From: Octopus vulgaris
Taxonomy: Eukaryota
Assembly (NCBI GenBank): GCA_951406725.2
Contig: OX597835.1
Span: 21,390,001-21,454,000 of the forward strand
Direction: 5' to 3'
Length of the DNA stretch: 64,000 bases
A program made the translations under genes and the position numbers. Within the stretch, counting starts at the first letter, position 1. Every line of letters begins with the position of its first letter. Below, piece by piece: positions 1 through 13,499 of the stretch. A model generated the notes under the pieces. The model searched no databases. It worked only from the letters and a program-made list of their open reading frames with translations, and was not told where the DNA came from.

Positions 1-655
1 AAAACCCACAAACCTGGGCCCAATCTTAAAATTAGACCTATAGTCTCGGAACTTGACGGCCCCATCTATAAAATTTCTTGGCTTCTCTCTAGACTCCTCA
101 GTCATCTCCTTCACACCTTCTCCTGACACGTTGACAGCTCCAAAGAAATATTTTTTTTAAAGGCTCAAGGATATCGACCCCTCCATACTCGGAAATAACC
201 GGTACCCTTTCAGCCGAGACGACGCCTCACTCTATACTTCTGCGCCTGCTCCTTAGGCTGTCGATATCATTACTGACCGCATAGCAGCTCTCTTCTCGTC
301 CCCCGCTTCCCCACATTTATTTTGTCATCTCCTCCTTCTCCTCCTTCTCACTATTCTTCTTCTTCCTCTTTCTCTCCTTCTTCTTCCACTTCTCTCATTC
401 TTCTTCTTTCCCTTCCTCTCTCACCAACCTTTAGCCTTACATCCTCTAATATCCATGACCTACTAGTCATTATAGTAGATAACACCTACTCCCAATACAA
501 CGATGATGAATATAAACAGGTCTCAGGTTTGCCGATGGTATCTAGCCTCTCAGGCTTGCTGACCATCTCGCACACGGATCAATTCGAACGCACGACGCTT
601 AACACCTGTCACTCATGCGTCTTCTTCTCAAGGCATGTTAACGACATCCTCATGC
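1..655 (+). mobile_element. Decayed Penelope-like element (PLE) reverse transcriptase fragment
   Basis: Translation across stops and a frameshift gives KTHKP..KIRPIVS..GPIYKIS, YPFSRDDASLYTSAP (cf. FSLDVxSLYTxIP), YKQVSGLPMVSSLSGLL (cf. QxxGLPMGSPLS) and FSRHVNDIL (cf. RYVDDI), in PLE RT motif order. Confidence 0.85.
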
Positions 656-820
656 TTGTCACAGTTTGTGGCACGCTGAATATCCCCGAGAACTACGTTA
701 GGATACACGTGTCTGTGGAGTGCTCAGCCACTTGCACGTTAATTTCATGAGCAGGCTGTTCCGTTGATCGGATCAACTGGAACCCTCGTCGTCGTAAGCG
801 ACGGAGTGCCAACAACAACA
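655..820 (+). mobile_element. SINE family A, 3' fragment
   Basis: Matches the 3' half of the full copy at 11934-12317 (acgctgaatatccccgagaactacg...gacggagtgc). Confidence 0.85.
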
Positions 821-824
821 GTGA

Positions 825-880
<56 letters not shown>

Positions 881-1078
881 TTTATTTAAAGCAGCAGAAA
901 ATTCAACAAAACCTGTTACTCTGAGTTTCCCGTTGCCGTTCATCGGACAGTTAAAACTGTCCGATGAACGGCAACGTGAAACTCAGAGTAACAGGTTTTG
1001 TTGAATTTTCTACTGCTTTAAATAAGTATTTGAGTACTCTTTTTTCCACTTGTTTCACATTTATGTGTTTACTCCGGT

Positions 1079-1080
<2 letters not shown>
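881..1080. mobile_element. Palindromic PLE-terminus-like element with two opposed hammerhead motifs, between (TA)n tracts
   Basis: About 70-bp near-perfect inverted repeat 881-1024; hammerhead fold in each arm; flanked by (TA)n on both sides. Confidence 0.7.
953..999 (+). ncRNA. Minimal type-I hammerhead ribozyme-like motif (CCGAUGA core)
   Basis: ctgt-CCGATGA-acg(gcaa)cgt-GAA-actc(a)gagt-A-acag: stems I, II and III pair; putative GUA cleavage triplet at 988-990; mirror copy at 909-952 (-). Confidence 0.7.
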
Positions 1081-1113
<33 letters not shown>

Positions 1114-1204
1114 TATGAGTGTTTTGTGTGTACATCACACTATATATGTGTGTATGTGTGTATGTTTGTGTGTGTGTGTGTGTGCGTGTGCGTGTGTGTG
1201 TGTA

Positions 1205-1342
1205 ACATCTCCATTCACAAGGTTTTGGTCGTTCCCAAGCTATAGCAAAAAAACACTTGCCCAAGATACCCTGCAGTGGGACTGATCCCGAAACTATGTG
1301 GTTTGGAATTATACTTCTTACCGCACAGCCATGCCGGCACCT
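1205..1342 (-). mobile_element. SINE family B, degenerate 5' fragment
   Basis: acacttgcccaag...cagtgggactga...cacagcc matches the family B head in reverse. Confidence 0.7.
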
Positions 1343-2819
1343 TTACAGAAGATCGTTTAGAAAGTTAAAAGGAAAGAAATCCAAGTGATTTGCGAGAATT
1401 TCTTTCAAAGAAAACTAAATTGTAATGAGATAACAAGAAAAAATATATATAACAAATAATAGAAAGGAAGAATAGCTTTGATTGTTATCAGAGTTTTATC
1501 ATTATTTAGAGCAAGACGACATTTTTTCCCCTTCTGGTGTTCTTGTATAAAAACAAATCAAAGAAGTGCTTATCTATATTGCTCCTATCACCTCAGTGAA
1601 CGAGAAATTTCTATTTCAATAAGATTTTACTATTTTGTCTCATATCATCTAGACTAATTAACTATATGTTGTTCTTAGTAACTCGTAGCTATCAACTCTC
1701 CCAATTTCAAGCGAAGCACTTTAAACCTTCGACCCTTTAACCTTTCAACAGTTCAACCATTCTAACAAACGAACGGTAAACAATAACACATAACAGTCAG
1801 AACAATCGAAAATTTAACCTTCGTCATCTGTTCCTCATGGAAGTCTGGCAGTTTTGACACTTTGGGATGGGACACCTGACTTAATAACGTCAATAAGTTG
1901 TTGAATAAGGCTGTCCTTATAAATACAGAGAAAATGATACACAAAGACAGGAGAAATATAAAATGGGTGGAGTTTTACCGGTTCTTCCAAATTAGAATTT
2001 CTAGCATGGAAAACCACTGCTCTTCTCTTGAATATCGTCTTCACGATCAGATACCATTGCTATTTAAATTAGTTAAGCTGTTATTCACCAGTACTGCCTT
2101 CCCATAATGCTTCCCTCACATATGATGATCATCATAGCCTTTTCGCTCTTACCTTTTACCAAGCTATATCCTTTCTCCCGATCTACAACGGCTCGGCCAA
2201 TCCGAACGTGGCACTCAACATGTGCCATTCACACCTCCACCATTTTGACTACAGTAATAGTGGTAGACAACTTCCAGTAACATCTAATGTCAACAAAATG
2301 AACTAGAAAAGGAACACCTATGTGGTTCATGAAGTTACTAGAAATAGCAACCGAAGCTCTTAATGACTTTTGAGAGGAATGTAATCTCTGAAACCCTGAA
2401 CGTTGGAAAAAAAGACGCAAGATGGTCGTCGGTGTGATTCCCTGGGTCTTCTTTATCAGGACTAGCTTGGCATTAAGCACCACAACAATAACAACAGCAT
2501 CAACAACAACAAACAACAATAACAATGCCACAGGGAATCCTGTAGTCCGAGATACAGTATACCTTAATAAATAAGAGAGGGTGTTAGTGATACATTGCTC
2601 CATTAAGTCTGACCTGGGGTTAAACATCGATAATAATCACACTCATACACACACACACAGAAAGATATGCCCACATCTTATACAACAACCATTGCCCTAG
2701 ATATGCTGTATCTAGTCGGGGAGGCACATCTATGACCGGATATCCTTATCTTTCAACTGTGGCCCTCGTGATTGTTTTTATTCAACCTCAGAATATCTAG
2801 AAATTCAGAATACAGAAAC

Positions 2820-3040
2820 GTCTGTGTCTGTGTTTGCCGCGCACCACCGTTTGACGACCGGTGTTAGTGTGTTTACGTCCCCGTAACCTAGCAGTTCGGT
2901 AAAATATATCAATAGAATACGTACCAGGCTTTAAAAATATAAATAAATAATAATTGCAGGGTCGATTCATTCCTCTAAAAAATTCCTCAAGGTGGTGCTC
3001 CAGCATGGCCACAGTCTAATTACTGAAATAAGGTAAAGGG
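2820..3040 (+). mobile_element. SINE family B, degenerate 3' fragment
   Basis: gtgtttacgtccccgtaac...ggtggtgctccagcatggccacagtc...tgaaa tail. Confidence 0.75.
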
Positions 3041-3227
3041 TAAGAGATACGAAATTAATAGTTTTCATGTAGCACTCACGCATTCGGTTTCCCATCCGTC
3101 GTGTGGTCAGTCGCATTAGATTCGTGGCAAATTTTTGTTACATCTGAGAATTAAAAACACTTATACTCCGGTATACACGGTATCAGAGAAGACATCAGGT
3201 AACATCAGAGGAGACACGGTAACATCA

Positions 3228-3460
3228 GGGCGGCGAGCTGGCAGAATCGTTAGCACACCGGCGAAATGCTTCGCGGTATTTCGTCTGCCGTTACGTTCTG
3301 AGTTCAAATTCCGCCGAGGTCGACTTTGCCTTTCATCCTTTCGGGGTCGATAAATTAAGTACCAGTTACGCACTGGAGTCGATGTAATCGACTTAATACC
3401 TATGTCTGTCCTTGTTTGTCCTCTCTATGTGTAGCCCCTTGTGGGTAATAAAGAAATAGG
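3228..3460 (+). mobile_element. SINE family C (tRNA-derived head, Meta-domain-like centre)
   Basis: ggcggcgagctggcagaatcgttagc head, GTTCAAAT B-box, gcctttcatcctttcggggtcgataaa centre and aaagaaatagg tail; many copies in the window. Confidence 0.9.
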
Positions 3461-3784
3461 TATCAGAGGAGACGGTCACATCTGGAAAGTCTTTAATCAT
3501 ACACCAGTTCGATCGATTTTGACCTGCTGACTGAGCAGGTACTATGAGTTTATCTAGAGTAAAGACAAATAGCAGAGCAGCATCCACTCAGCTGCCATCC
3601 AGACGAATAAATGAATGTGTGGCAGTCACAACATAGCGTCCTTAGATCAAATCTAATCATTTATAGCAGAGATGTTTATCGGTTTATGATTTCCTCTTTG
3701 TCTATTAATGTTGAATCGGAAATATATCAATGTGCGAAGTGTGGGGAAATGGCTTCCCAAAAAATATTTTAAAAAAAAACATAA

Positions 3785-4668
<884 letters not shown>

Positions 4669-4670
<2 letters not shown>

Positions 4671-5041
4671 AAATAGAAATTGGCAAAACCTCAACACCGA
4701 AACAATACCTGTTGTTATAGGTGCCCTAGGGATGACAGCAAAAGGAGCTGATTGCTATCTAGCTCAGATACCAGTAAATCCCACAATGACAGAAATTCAA
4801 AAGATGGTGCTCATGAGAACTGCCCATATCCTACGTAAATTACAGTAATTTCAAAATTTAAAACAAACTTGTATATTTTTTTTTGTTTTCTTAAACATTC
4901 ACTAGAACAATACTATGTGCAAAACCAAATATATGACATCCTAGGCATAACACCAATATGAACTTCTAACTTGTTGTCTCTTGAGGTCTCTGGGTGAGAC
5001 TTGGAGCCATCTTGTACAAATACAAAGCAAAAGTCAGACAT

Positions 5042-5043
<2 letters not shown>
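4669..5043 (+). mobile_element. R4/Dong-type LINE 3' end (endonuclease-domain C-terminus plus 3'UTR) abutting (TAA)n
   Basis: 4687-4848 encodes [15 protein letters not shown]...EIQKMVLMRTAHILRK*, typical of the R4/Dong C-terminus; followed directly by a (TAA)n array, the known Dong target. Confidence 0.8.
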
Positions 5044-5133
<90 letters not shown>

Positions 5134-5158
5134 GATAATAATAATAATAATAATAATG

Positions 5159-5248
<90 letters not shown>
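5043..5248. repeat. (TAA)n microsatellite
   Basis: Seen directly. Confidence 0.97.
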
Positions 5249-5251
<3 letters not shown>

Positions 5252-5805
5252 GTCCTGATGCAGTACCAGGCAGTGGCTCTCATGGCTTCTGATCTTAACT
5301 GATTGGAAGTGTCATCATGTACATTGTTTTGTCTTGGTATAAAAGATGGGCTACAGCAAATATTCTGCTCAATACCACAGATCTGCTTATCAGTTGTTTG
5401 ACCTTAACCAGTTGAGCATGTCCCTTAGTGGTTGACGAAATGTGCATCTCTGATCACTAGCAGAAGTAGTGGGGGAGCATCATAGCCATGTGTTGAGAGG
5501 GATTCTTTGGGGTTTGAATAATTCACCTCTGGAACCATGGGTGGTTCTTTCAACATCCTTAAACAACACTTATTCATGGACCTTTTGAGCGGGATGGGCT
5601 ACTCAACCTGAAGAAAATTCTAACTGGGCCCCACCTGCAAGGTCATATGCTGTTTATCTTGATATAAGATCACCATGTCGCGCACATATGGTTGTGATGC
5701 ATGTGCCTGGTGTACCCTTATCAGACGGGTAGTCATGATGGGTATATTGGGCTTCGTATATTTTACCCCAGTGTCACTTTGATGGCATGAACTGCTCTCT
5801 CACTC
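5249..5805 (+). mobile_element. 557-bp non-autonomous element flanked on both sides by (TAA)n
   Basis: Same-length, highly similar copy at 30944-31500 (-), also within (TTA)n; diverged internal fragment near 11530-11690. Confidence 0.85.
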
Positions 5806-5898
<93 letters not shown>

Positions 5899-5913
5899 AA
5901 GAAGAAGACGATT

Positions 5914-5973
<60 letters not shown>

Positions 5974-6186
5974 TATGTATTTATGTATATATAAGATCCA
6001 GGGGTCGAGGTGCAGGAAGAAAGTTAGCTTCAAGCAATCCGTAGTAAGTATAAAAAACAACTTTTAGAGACAAAAGTGGTTTATTGAAATGGTTGTGGAT
6101 TTTTTTCCTATCGAAGGACGATAAACTGAATAAAGAACTTATATTTCACAGCAGGCGACCAGGATTGCCGGGTATGTGAATAAGAA

Positions 6187-6319
6187 TACAAGAATTAAGG
6201 AATAGAGTAGATAAGATCCGGGATGCATGTGTTATATAGCGAGCGGAACCTCGGAAGTGATAGATGTCCAGTTGTAAATATGTAGCCCAGATCTTATATA
6301 TTCCATTCCTTAACTCTTG

Positions 6320-6320
<1 letters not shown>
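6187..6320. repeat. Imperfect inverted repeat (about 48-bp arms) next to (TA)/(TG)n
   Basis: tacaagaattaaggaatagagtagataagatcc versus reverse complement tacaagagttaaggaatggaatatataagatct. Confidence 0.7.
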
Positions 6321-6355
<35 letters not shown>

Positions 6356-6358
<3 letters not shown>

Positions 6359-6590
6359 TTTTGTCGCCTTCAAACCGCAAACTGCTCACTGACAAAACTT
6401 CATCAGTGAACAGATCGCGGTTTCAAAGCGACAAAAATATTTTGACACAAATTTAAATATTGATGTGAAGCTAACGGTTTCTTGTGTGTTCTTAAATGGA
6501 TTACAAATAGCGTCCACGCTACAATTGTTTGTTTTTTTCAGCACAAGATCTCTGATCAAGTCACTTACTATGCATGTACATCTCCGTAAT
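6356..6590 (+). mobile_element. Older copy of the 6974-7335 hammerhead-like element with a short inverted duplication
   Basis: Shares tcagtgaacag..cgcgg..agcgac..aatattttgac and the gtacatctccgtaat terminus with 6974-7335. Confidence 0.75.
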
Positions 6591-6676
6591 AAATAAATAA
6601 TATATATATACATAATAGAAATATTAAAATTACTAAGTCCCTTTAAAAGAGATTACGACAGCGTTTCTGGAAATTA

Positions 6677-6935
6677 ATAGTTATCGCCATACTAATATGG
6701 CATTCTTAAAAATAAGAATGATTAGCTCCATGAAGCCATCGCCTTGACACACAAACATGTCTGTAGCTGTCGGACTAGCAGGTTGAAGCGGCTGACCTCC
6801 CCTGTTCGAAGGTTTAATAACGGACGCAGTTTGTGTGTCAAGTAGCTAGCTTGAGGCGATGGCTTCATGGAGCTAATCAGCGACAGCTTTATTCTTATTT
6901 TTAAGAATGCCATATTAGTATGGCGATAACTATTA

Positions 6936-6936
<1 letters not shown>
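6677..6936. repeat. Long inverted repeat element ending at (TA)n
   Basis: ttaatagttatcgccatactaatatggcattcttaaaaataagaat...gattagctccatgaagccatcgcct is mirrored at about 6828-6936. Confidence 0.85.
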
Positions 6937-6973
<37 letters not shown>

Positions 6974-6977
<4 letters not shown>

Positions 6978-7331
6978 CGGAGATGTACTCGCATAGCAAG
7001 TGATTTGATCTGAGATCGTGTGCTGGAATGAAAACAATTGCAGCGTGGAAGGTGTTTGTAAGCCATTTAAGAAACACATAAAAGCCGTTCGATTCACTTC
7101 AACATTTAAGTTTAATTTATCAAAATATTTTCGTCGCTTTAAGACCGCGACCTGTTCACTGACAAAAATCCAAGATGCATCTCAGAGATGCAGCACGGAT
7201 TTTTGTCAATGAACAGGTCGCGGATTTTAGCGACGAAAATATTTTGACAAATTAAACTTAAATGCTGAAGTGAATCGAACGGCTTTTGTGTGTTTCTTAA
7301 ATGGCTTACAAACACCTTCCACGCTGCAATT

Positions 7332-7335
<4 letters not shown>
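6974..7335. mobile_element. Palindromic PLE-terminus-like element (about 140-bp arms) between (TA)n tracts
   Basis: Arms 7032-7171 and 7197-7335; central tgcatctc-a-gagatgca hairpin; variant hammerhead fold in each arm. Confidence 0.8.
7116..7166 (-). ncRNA. Hammerhead-like motif with G3-C8 swapped core (GUGAACA)
   Basis: tttgtca-GTGAACA-g-gtcgc(9 nt)gcgac-GAA-aatatt-T-tgataaa. Confidence 0.5.
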
Positions 7336-7387
<52 letters not shown>

Positions 7388-7778
7388 TACGCGTGTGTAT
7401 ATATGTATAAACGTATATATTTATATGTATATATATGTATATATGTATTTGTATATATATGTGTGTATATACATGTATATATGTATATGTATGTATATAT
7501 ATACATATATATATATTATAATACAATTTTACTGAACCTTCAGTTTTTTATATGCTAGACCACTGGTGTGAAATAGATGTTAATTAAATTCATATCTAAT
7601 TTCTCACCCTCATTTAATATATATATATATATATATATACGAGTTGCAGACAGGGCTGCTGCCCTATCAATCCTGGGATTCGAGACAGTAGTGTCCAGGG
7701 ACAGATGAGGATGATGATGATACATTTTGCCATCACAGTTGGCCCGGTTGTTAGTTTGTTTTTCTGAAGTAATTATAT

Positions 7779-7833
<55 letters not shown>

Positions 7834-8277
7834 ATATATATTCCATTTCATTTCCTTCGGATTTCTGTATGTAGACACCAACACATATAATTTCCCTTAT
7901 TCCATATACGAATGAACATAAATGTAATTCCAAATAAACACGTATATATGTGCGTATCTACGAATGGCTATGTATCCATGCGTGTATGTGTGTAGGTACG
8001 TACGTATGCATATATCTTTGTACACATGCAAGTATGTGTGTAGGTGCATTCTCTGTACAAGCAATAATAGATTAGCGATGCTATCCAAAGTCTAAAAATG
8101 GTAATTCTCTGGTGAGCAGCAGGTTGGTGAAATAAATGAAATATAGAATGTTGGAATCATTGATTACAACTCTCCAAAGAGTGAAACACTATCTTTGTTC
8201 GTTTCGAAAAGATACACTATATGTGTGTGCGTGTGTGTGTGTGTATACATATATATTTATACATATCTATACATATG

Positions 8278-8350
<73 letters not shown>

Positions 8351-8378
8351 GCATATACATATATACATACATATATGC

Positions 8379-8437
<59 letters not shown>

Positions 8438-8526
8438 ACATTTGTTTGTGTATGTACGTATATGTGTGTGGGTCTGTGTGTGTATATACATATTAACATC
8501 TAGGTATGTATGCATCAATGTGCTCG

Positions 8527-8568
<42 letters not shown>

Positions 8569-9143
8569 CATATATATATAACATTACCAGCATTATTATT
8601 ATAGTTTTATTCTTGTTGTTGTTATTGTCATTATCATTATCATCATATATAGGCACATAAAACTATTTTTGGCGGCCAGTATATCAGAGACGACTTTGAC
8701 CATTGTAAATAGAGGCTAAAGATAGCTGGTTTTGATATTTCTCTCTTCTTTTTCCTTCCTATTCTTTACATTTAATGTTTAACTATAATGACTACACATA
8801 TTAGACACCAAATTACTGCTGTTGTTCTTGTTGGTATTGTTGTTGTTGTTGTCATTAATGATGGTTAGCTCTGGTCGTGGTTGTTAGATTTGTTAGATAA
8901 TGTGTTGTCGGTGTTGGTGCAACACATGATCACAATGGTATGTTGTATGGCACTTTGAGCGCTTGTGAGGATGAGAGATCAATTTCTGAGGAAATCAATA
9001 AGATACTTTGGTAATTATAAGTGGAGTGTCTGTCGCCACGCCTACAGCAGACTAGATAGACAGATCGATGGATAGATAGATAGAGAGAGAGGGGGAGAGA
9101 GAGAGAGACATACATACATAGACATATTGACAGACAGTCAGGC

Positions 9144-9221
<78 letters not shown>

Positions 9222-9480
9222 ACAGACAGACAGACAGACAGACAGACAGACGGACAGATGGATAGATAGATAGATACATACATACATACATACATACATA
9301 CATAGACAGACGGACAGAGAGACAGACAGATAGATAGATTGGTAGATAGAATATCTATGGCATATGTACTATGTGTGTGCATATGCATAAATGTATGTGT
9401 ATTTATATATAATATTTGCATTAATTTATGGTGTGATATGAATATACATCTATCTATCTATCTATATATATATATATATA

Positions 9481-9693
9481 TGTAGTTCCCGGGTTGATTC
9501 GGGGTTAACCACAGTAAGTAAGGTACTCAATACATAGCAGAGTAAAATTAATTTATTATATAGAAGGAGCTTCTACAGGACTAGTACTGTTTCATTCAAG
9601 AGAAATCTTCAGGAAGCTCTTCCTGAAGAGCTTCCTGAAGATTTCTCTTGAATGAAACAGTACTAGTCCTGTAGAAGCTCCTTCTATATAATA
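9481..9693. mobile_element. Palindromic hammerhead element in (TA)n
   Basis: Perfect inverted repeat 9552-9619 / 9628-9695; related copy at 61246-61426. Confidence 0.85.
9628..9680 (+). ncRNA. Type-I hammerhead ribozyme motif (canonical CUGAAGA core)
   Basis: gagcttc-CTGAAGA-t ttc(tctt)gaa t-GAA-acag(tactagtc)ctgt-A-gaagctc: 7-bp stem I, GUA site; identical mirror copy at 9567-9619 (-). Confidence 0.8.
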
Positions 9694-9695
9694 AA

Positions 9696-9744
<49 letters not shown>

Positions 9745-9968
9745 CATACATACATACATACATACATACATACATACATACATACATACATACATACATA
9801 CATACATACATACATACATACATACATACATACATACGAGCTAGGCGCATTATTGAACTAAAAAGCAAAAATTTAATCCACACTGAATAGTCCCCATATT
9901 GCGAGAAATAAGAGCTAAAGCCCATAATCCTGCATGAAGCGCACAATATATATATACATATATACAAA

Positions 9969-10199
9969 GGGCGGCGAGCTGACAGAAACGTTAGCACGCC
10001 GGGCGAAATGCGTAGCCGTATTTCGTCTGCCGTTACGTTCTGAGTTCAAATTCCGCCGCGGTCAACTTTGCCTTTCATCATTTCGGGGTCGATAAATTAA
10101 GTACCAGTTACGCACTGGGGTCGTTGTAATCGACTTAATCCGTTTGTCTGTTCTTGTTTGTCCCCTCTGTGATTAGCCCCTTGTGAGCAGTAAAGAAAT
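9969..10199 (+). mobile_element. SINE family C
   Basis: Full-length match to the family C sequence. Confidence 0.9.
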
Positions 10200-10262
10200 A
10201 TATATATATGCATATATATATACACTGACAAGTGAGATAACTGCCCCCATGAGCAAAGCTAG

Positions 10263-10317
10263 AGGCACTGGACTAGATTAGTTCGTCTATAAGATGCAGA
10301 TCTCTTCACCAGTGCCT
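10263..10317 (-). ncRNA. Degenerate hammerhead motif
   Basis: aggcactg-GTGAAGA-gatct...agac-GA-acta(atc)tagt-C-cagtgcct: 8-bp stem I, one core substitution and one missing A. Confidence 0.5.
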
Positions 10318-10600
10318 ACTCCATTGCTCGGATGGTTTGGCTAAATCGATCTGTCAATATACACATTTACCATATAAATTCATGGCTGGCTTAGCGAAAT
10401 GTTAATATGTATACTAAAAATATAGCTAGGCGCTACATAAAACCATAAAGGAAAAGATTTTATCGTCACTAATTATGACTGAGGACGCTGAAAAGCACCT
10501 GTATTGCGAGAAAAAAAATGAACTAAAAACCCTTAATGCAGCATGAAGCGCACAAGGTATTTATACATATATATCTACATATATATGCCATTTATATATC

Positions 10601-10671
<71 letters not shown>

Positions 10672-10808
10672 ATATACGTCGAGTGAAAGACGGGATGGAC
10701 GCTTCGATTTTGTGTTGGTGCCCCACTCTGTCGTACGCGGCTATGAGGATTTGCATCCCCAACGTAAAACTTATAATGTAATACATGTCCTTGAAGTAGT
10801 AATTGTAC

Positions 10809-10886
10809 GCGGCTGAAGAAGGCTATAGACACACATTATGCATTGTTATAAAACCGTCTAATAAAGGCCCGAAGCATATGTACCGC
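10809..10886 (+). ncRNA. Hammerhead motif with long stem II
   Basis: gcgg-CTGAAGA-aggctatagac...gtctaataaaggccc-GAA-gcatatgt-A-ccgc; stem III is one change from the palindrome acatatgt. Confidence 0.6.
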
Positions 10887-10931
10887 TAAATCCTTGGCAT
10901 CATGTTTTTATTTTGATTAATATATATATTA

Positions 10932-11338
10932 AGGCGCAGGAGTGGCTGTGTGGTAAGTAGCTTGTTTACCAACCACATGGTTCCGGGTTCAGTCCCACTG
11001 CGTGGCACCTTGGGCAAGTGTCTTCTACTATAGCCTCGGGCCGACCAAAGCCTTGTGAGTGGTATTGGTAGATGGAAACTGAAAGAAGCCCGTCATATAT
11101 ATGTATATGTATATGTGTGTGTATATGTTTGTTTGTCTGTGTTTGTCCCCCGAGCATTGCTTGACAACCGATGCTGGTGTGTTTACGTCCTCGTCACTTA
11201 GCGGTTCGGCAACAGAGACCGATAGAATAAGTACTGGGCTTACAAAAGAATAAGTCCCGGGGTCGAGTTGCTCGATTAAAGGCGGTGTTCCAGCATGACC
11301 GCAGTCAAATGACTGAAACAAGTAAAAGAGTAAAAGAG
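10932..11338 (+). mobile_element. SINE family B, full length
   Basis: aggcgcaggagtggctgtgtggtaag head, ggttcagtccc B-box-like, ccttgggcaagtg core, internal (TA/TG)n and (gtaaaaga)n tail. Confidence 0.92.
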
Positions 11339-11933
11339 ATATAAATACATATGCCATTTATATATCTTCCTATCTCAAGCAAGTTCTCTTCTTACCATCC
11401 TATTACACTACGTAACTTAGGTTTTGTGCTTGGATAGCAAGTGTTTCTTTCCTATTTGCTTACCGTAAGAAAGTATGAAAAGTGGCATATATTTCCTTCA
11501 AACTCTGCTTTTTCTTATATCTATTCAAACCTCGAGGAATCCCCCTCGGTACATGGCTACGATTCTCGCCCACTGCTCCTGTTAATGATCAGAGATGCAC
11601 ATATTGTCAGCCATTAAGAGACATACTCAACTTGTCGGGGCGAAGCAACTGGCAGCAAATCTGTGGTACTGAGTAGAATATTTGCTATAACGATATTTCT
11701 GCTTCAGCATCTCAGCACTAAATCTGTCCGAAGCAAAATGAAAAATAGGTCAGTTTCAATATATCGATCTCCTGGTCACAAAAGCAAAGTTTAAAGAGGA
11801 TATCAGTAACCACCTTTGATTTCAAAACAGAATCAAATAGGAAATAACACTTACTGACCATGAAACAAATAAATTTAAATGTTCCACAGAGTTATTGGTT
11901 CCTATTTATTCCTCTGTCTATTCACTTATCTGT

Positions 11934-12317
11934 GGAGGCGCAATGGCCCAGTGGTTAGGGCAGCGGACTCGCGGTCATAGGATCGCGGTTTCGATTCCCA
12001 GACCGGGCGTTGTGAGTGTTTATTGAGCGAAAACACCTAAAAGCTCCACGAGGCTCCGGCAGGGGATGGTGGTGATCCCTGCTGTACTCTTTCACCAAAA
12101 CTTTCTCTCACTCTTACTTCCCGTTTCTGTTGTACCTGTATTTCAAAGGGCCGGCCTTGTCACTCTCTGTGTCACGCTGAATATCCCCGAGAACTACGTT
12201 AAGAGTACACGTGTCTGTGGAGTGCTCAGCCACTTACACGTTAATTTCACGAGCAGGCTGTTCCGTTGATTCGGATCAACCGGAACCCTCGTCGTCGTAA
12301 CCGACGGAGTGCTTCCA
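11934..12317 (+). mobile_element. SINE family A (tRNA-Arg-like head), full length
   Basis: tggcccagtggttagg A-box and gtttcgattccc B-box; ttatctgt repeated on both flanks; near-identical copies at 52171 and 54925. Confidence 0.92.
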
Positions 12318-12737
12318 TCCATTTAGTTATCTGTTTCTCTACCTCGTTATATCTGTCGTCTGTATGTATAACTACACGTTACAACCATAGGTAACGCGTA
12401 AATGATAAACATTAATACCTTACATACCAACATAGTACCTATTGTCACCTATATTATTACGTTCACGTTTTGTTATAGATTCTCAGATTGTTGTTAATTG
12501 TAACGGCACTGACTTCATACCCACAAATTATGTATGTATATATATATATATACACACAAAAACAGAAACATATACATACATATATGTGTGTGTGTGTGTA
12601 TGTATATGTCTGTATATATGTATATATATGTATATGTACATGTACATATATGTATATGTATATATGTAAATGTATGTATATATAAATGTATGTTGGTATA
12701 TATGCGTGTATATATATATATATATTTATAGATAATA

Positions 12738-13134
12738 TCTTTATATATAAAAGAGAGGTTGTGTGCTGTCTGTCTCCTACGATTTAGATTCCTAACTACT
12801 CCCACATTTTGCGGTGCAGTTTAACCAAAACCGGGTATCTTATAGTCGTGATTCATATCGAGCCCTTCTGTGTATTAGCGCACGTCTACGATGAGTCTAC
12901 GATTTAAAAAAAAAAATTACCATCAATTTTTCCCATTTTTAATGCATTTTTGGCATATGTATGGGAAGTAACTCTCTAAAAATTCATTATTAAATTTCAG
13001 AACGTAAAAAGCTACAGTAACACTCCCCCTTTGTGGTTAGCCATTTTGAGATGGCAATTATACTTTACATCTCTAAAAATGCTTATATAGTTATTTCCCT
13101 TACAAACCCGAGCAACGCCGGGCGATACTGCTAG
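12738..13134 (+). mobile_element. Non-autonomous Helitron
   Basis: 5' A^TC-tttatatataaaag; 3' GC hairpin cccg-agcaacgc-cggg followed 8 nt later by CTAG^T; no TSD. Confidence 0.85.
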
Positions 13135-13151
13135 TATATATATATATGTGA

Positions 13152-13319
13152 ATGAGAAAAGGAAGAAAATAGGAAAACTCGACGTACAGACGTTATTTAT
13201 TCAAAGGCATTCGAATTCATGTAGAGAATTCGCTACATGAATTATCTACACGAACTCGAATGGCTTTAAATAAATAATGTCTTTACGTCGTTTATTTTCT
13301 ATTTTCTCCCTTTTCTCAT
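13152..13319. repeat. Imperfect inverted repeat (about 75-bp arms) between (TA)n tracts
   Basis: atgagaaaagg..cgacgtacagacgttatttattcaaaggcattcga is mirrored by tcgaatggctttaaataaataatgtctttacgtcg..ccttttctcat. Confidence 0.7.
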
Positions 13320-13376
13320 AAAGTTTTTTAATACCTATACTTAACGGAGAACTTGGACTATACTCCAAGGACTGAA

Positions 13377-13453
<77 letters not shown>

Positions 13454-13463
13454 TGATTGATTG

Positions 13464-13495
<32 letters not shown>

Positions 13496-13499
13496 TTTT

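Noticed and set aside
6640-6675. Hammerhead 3' half (GAAacg-ctgt-cgt-A on the minus strand); similar half-motif near 37906-37930
   Set aside because: No CUGANGA-like core or stem I could be found.
11934-12010. Apparent tRNA-Arg gene
   Set aside because: It is the head of a dispersed SINE with body and TSD, and no complete acceptor stem is present.
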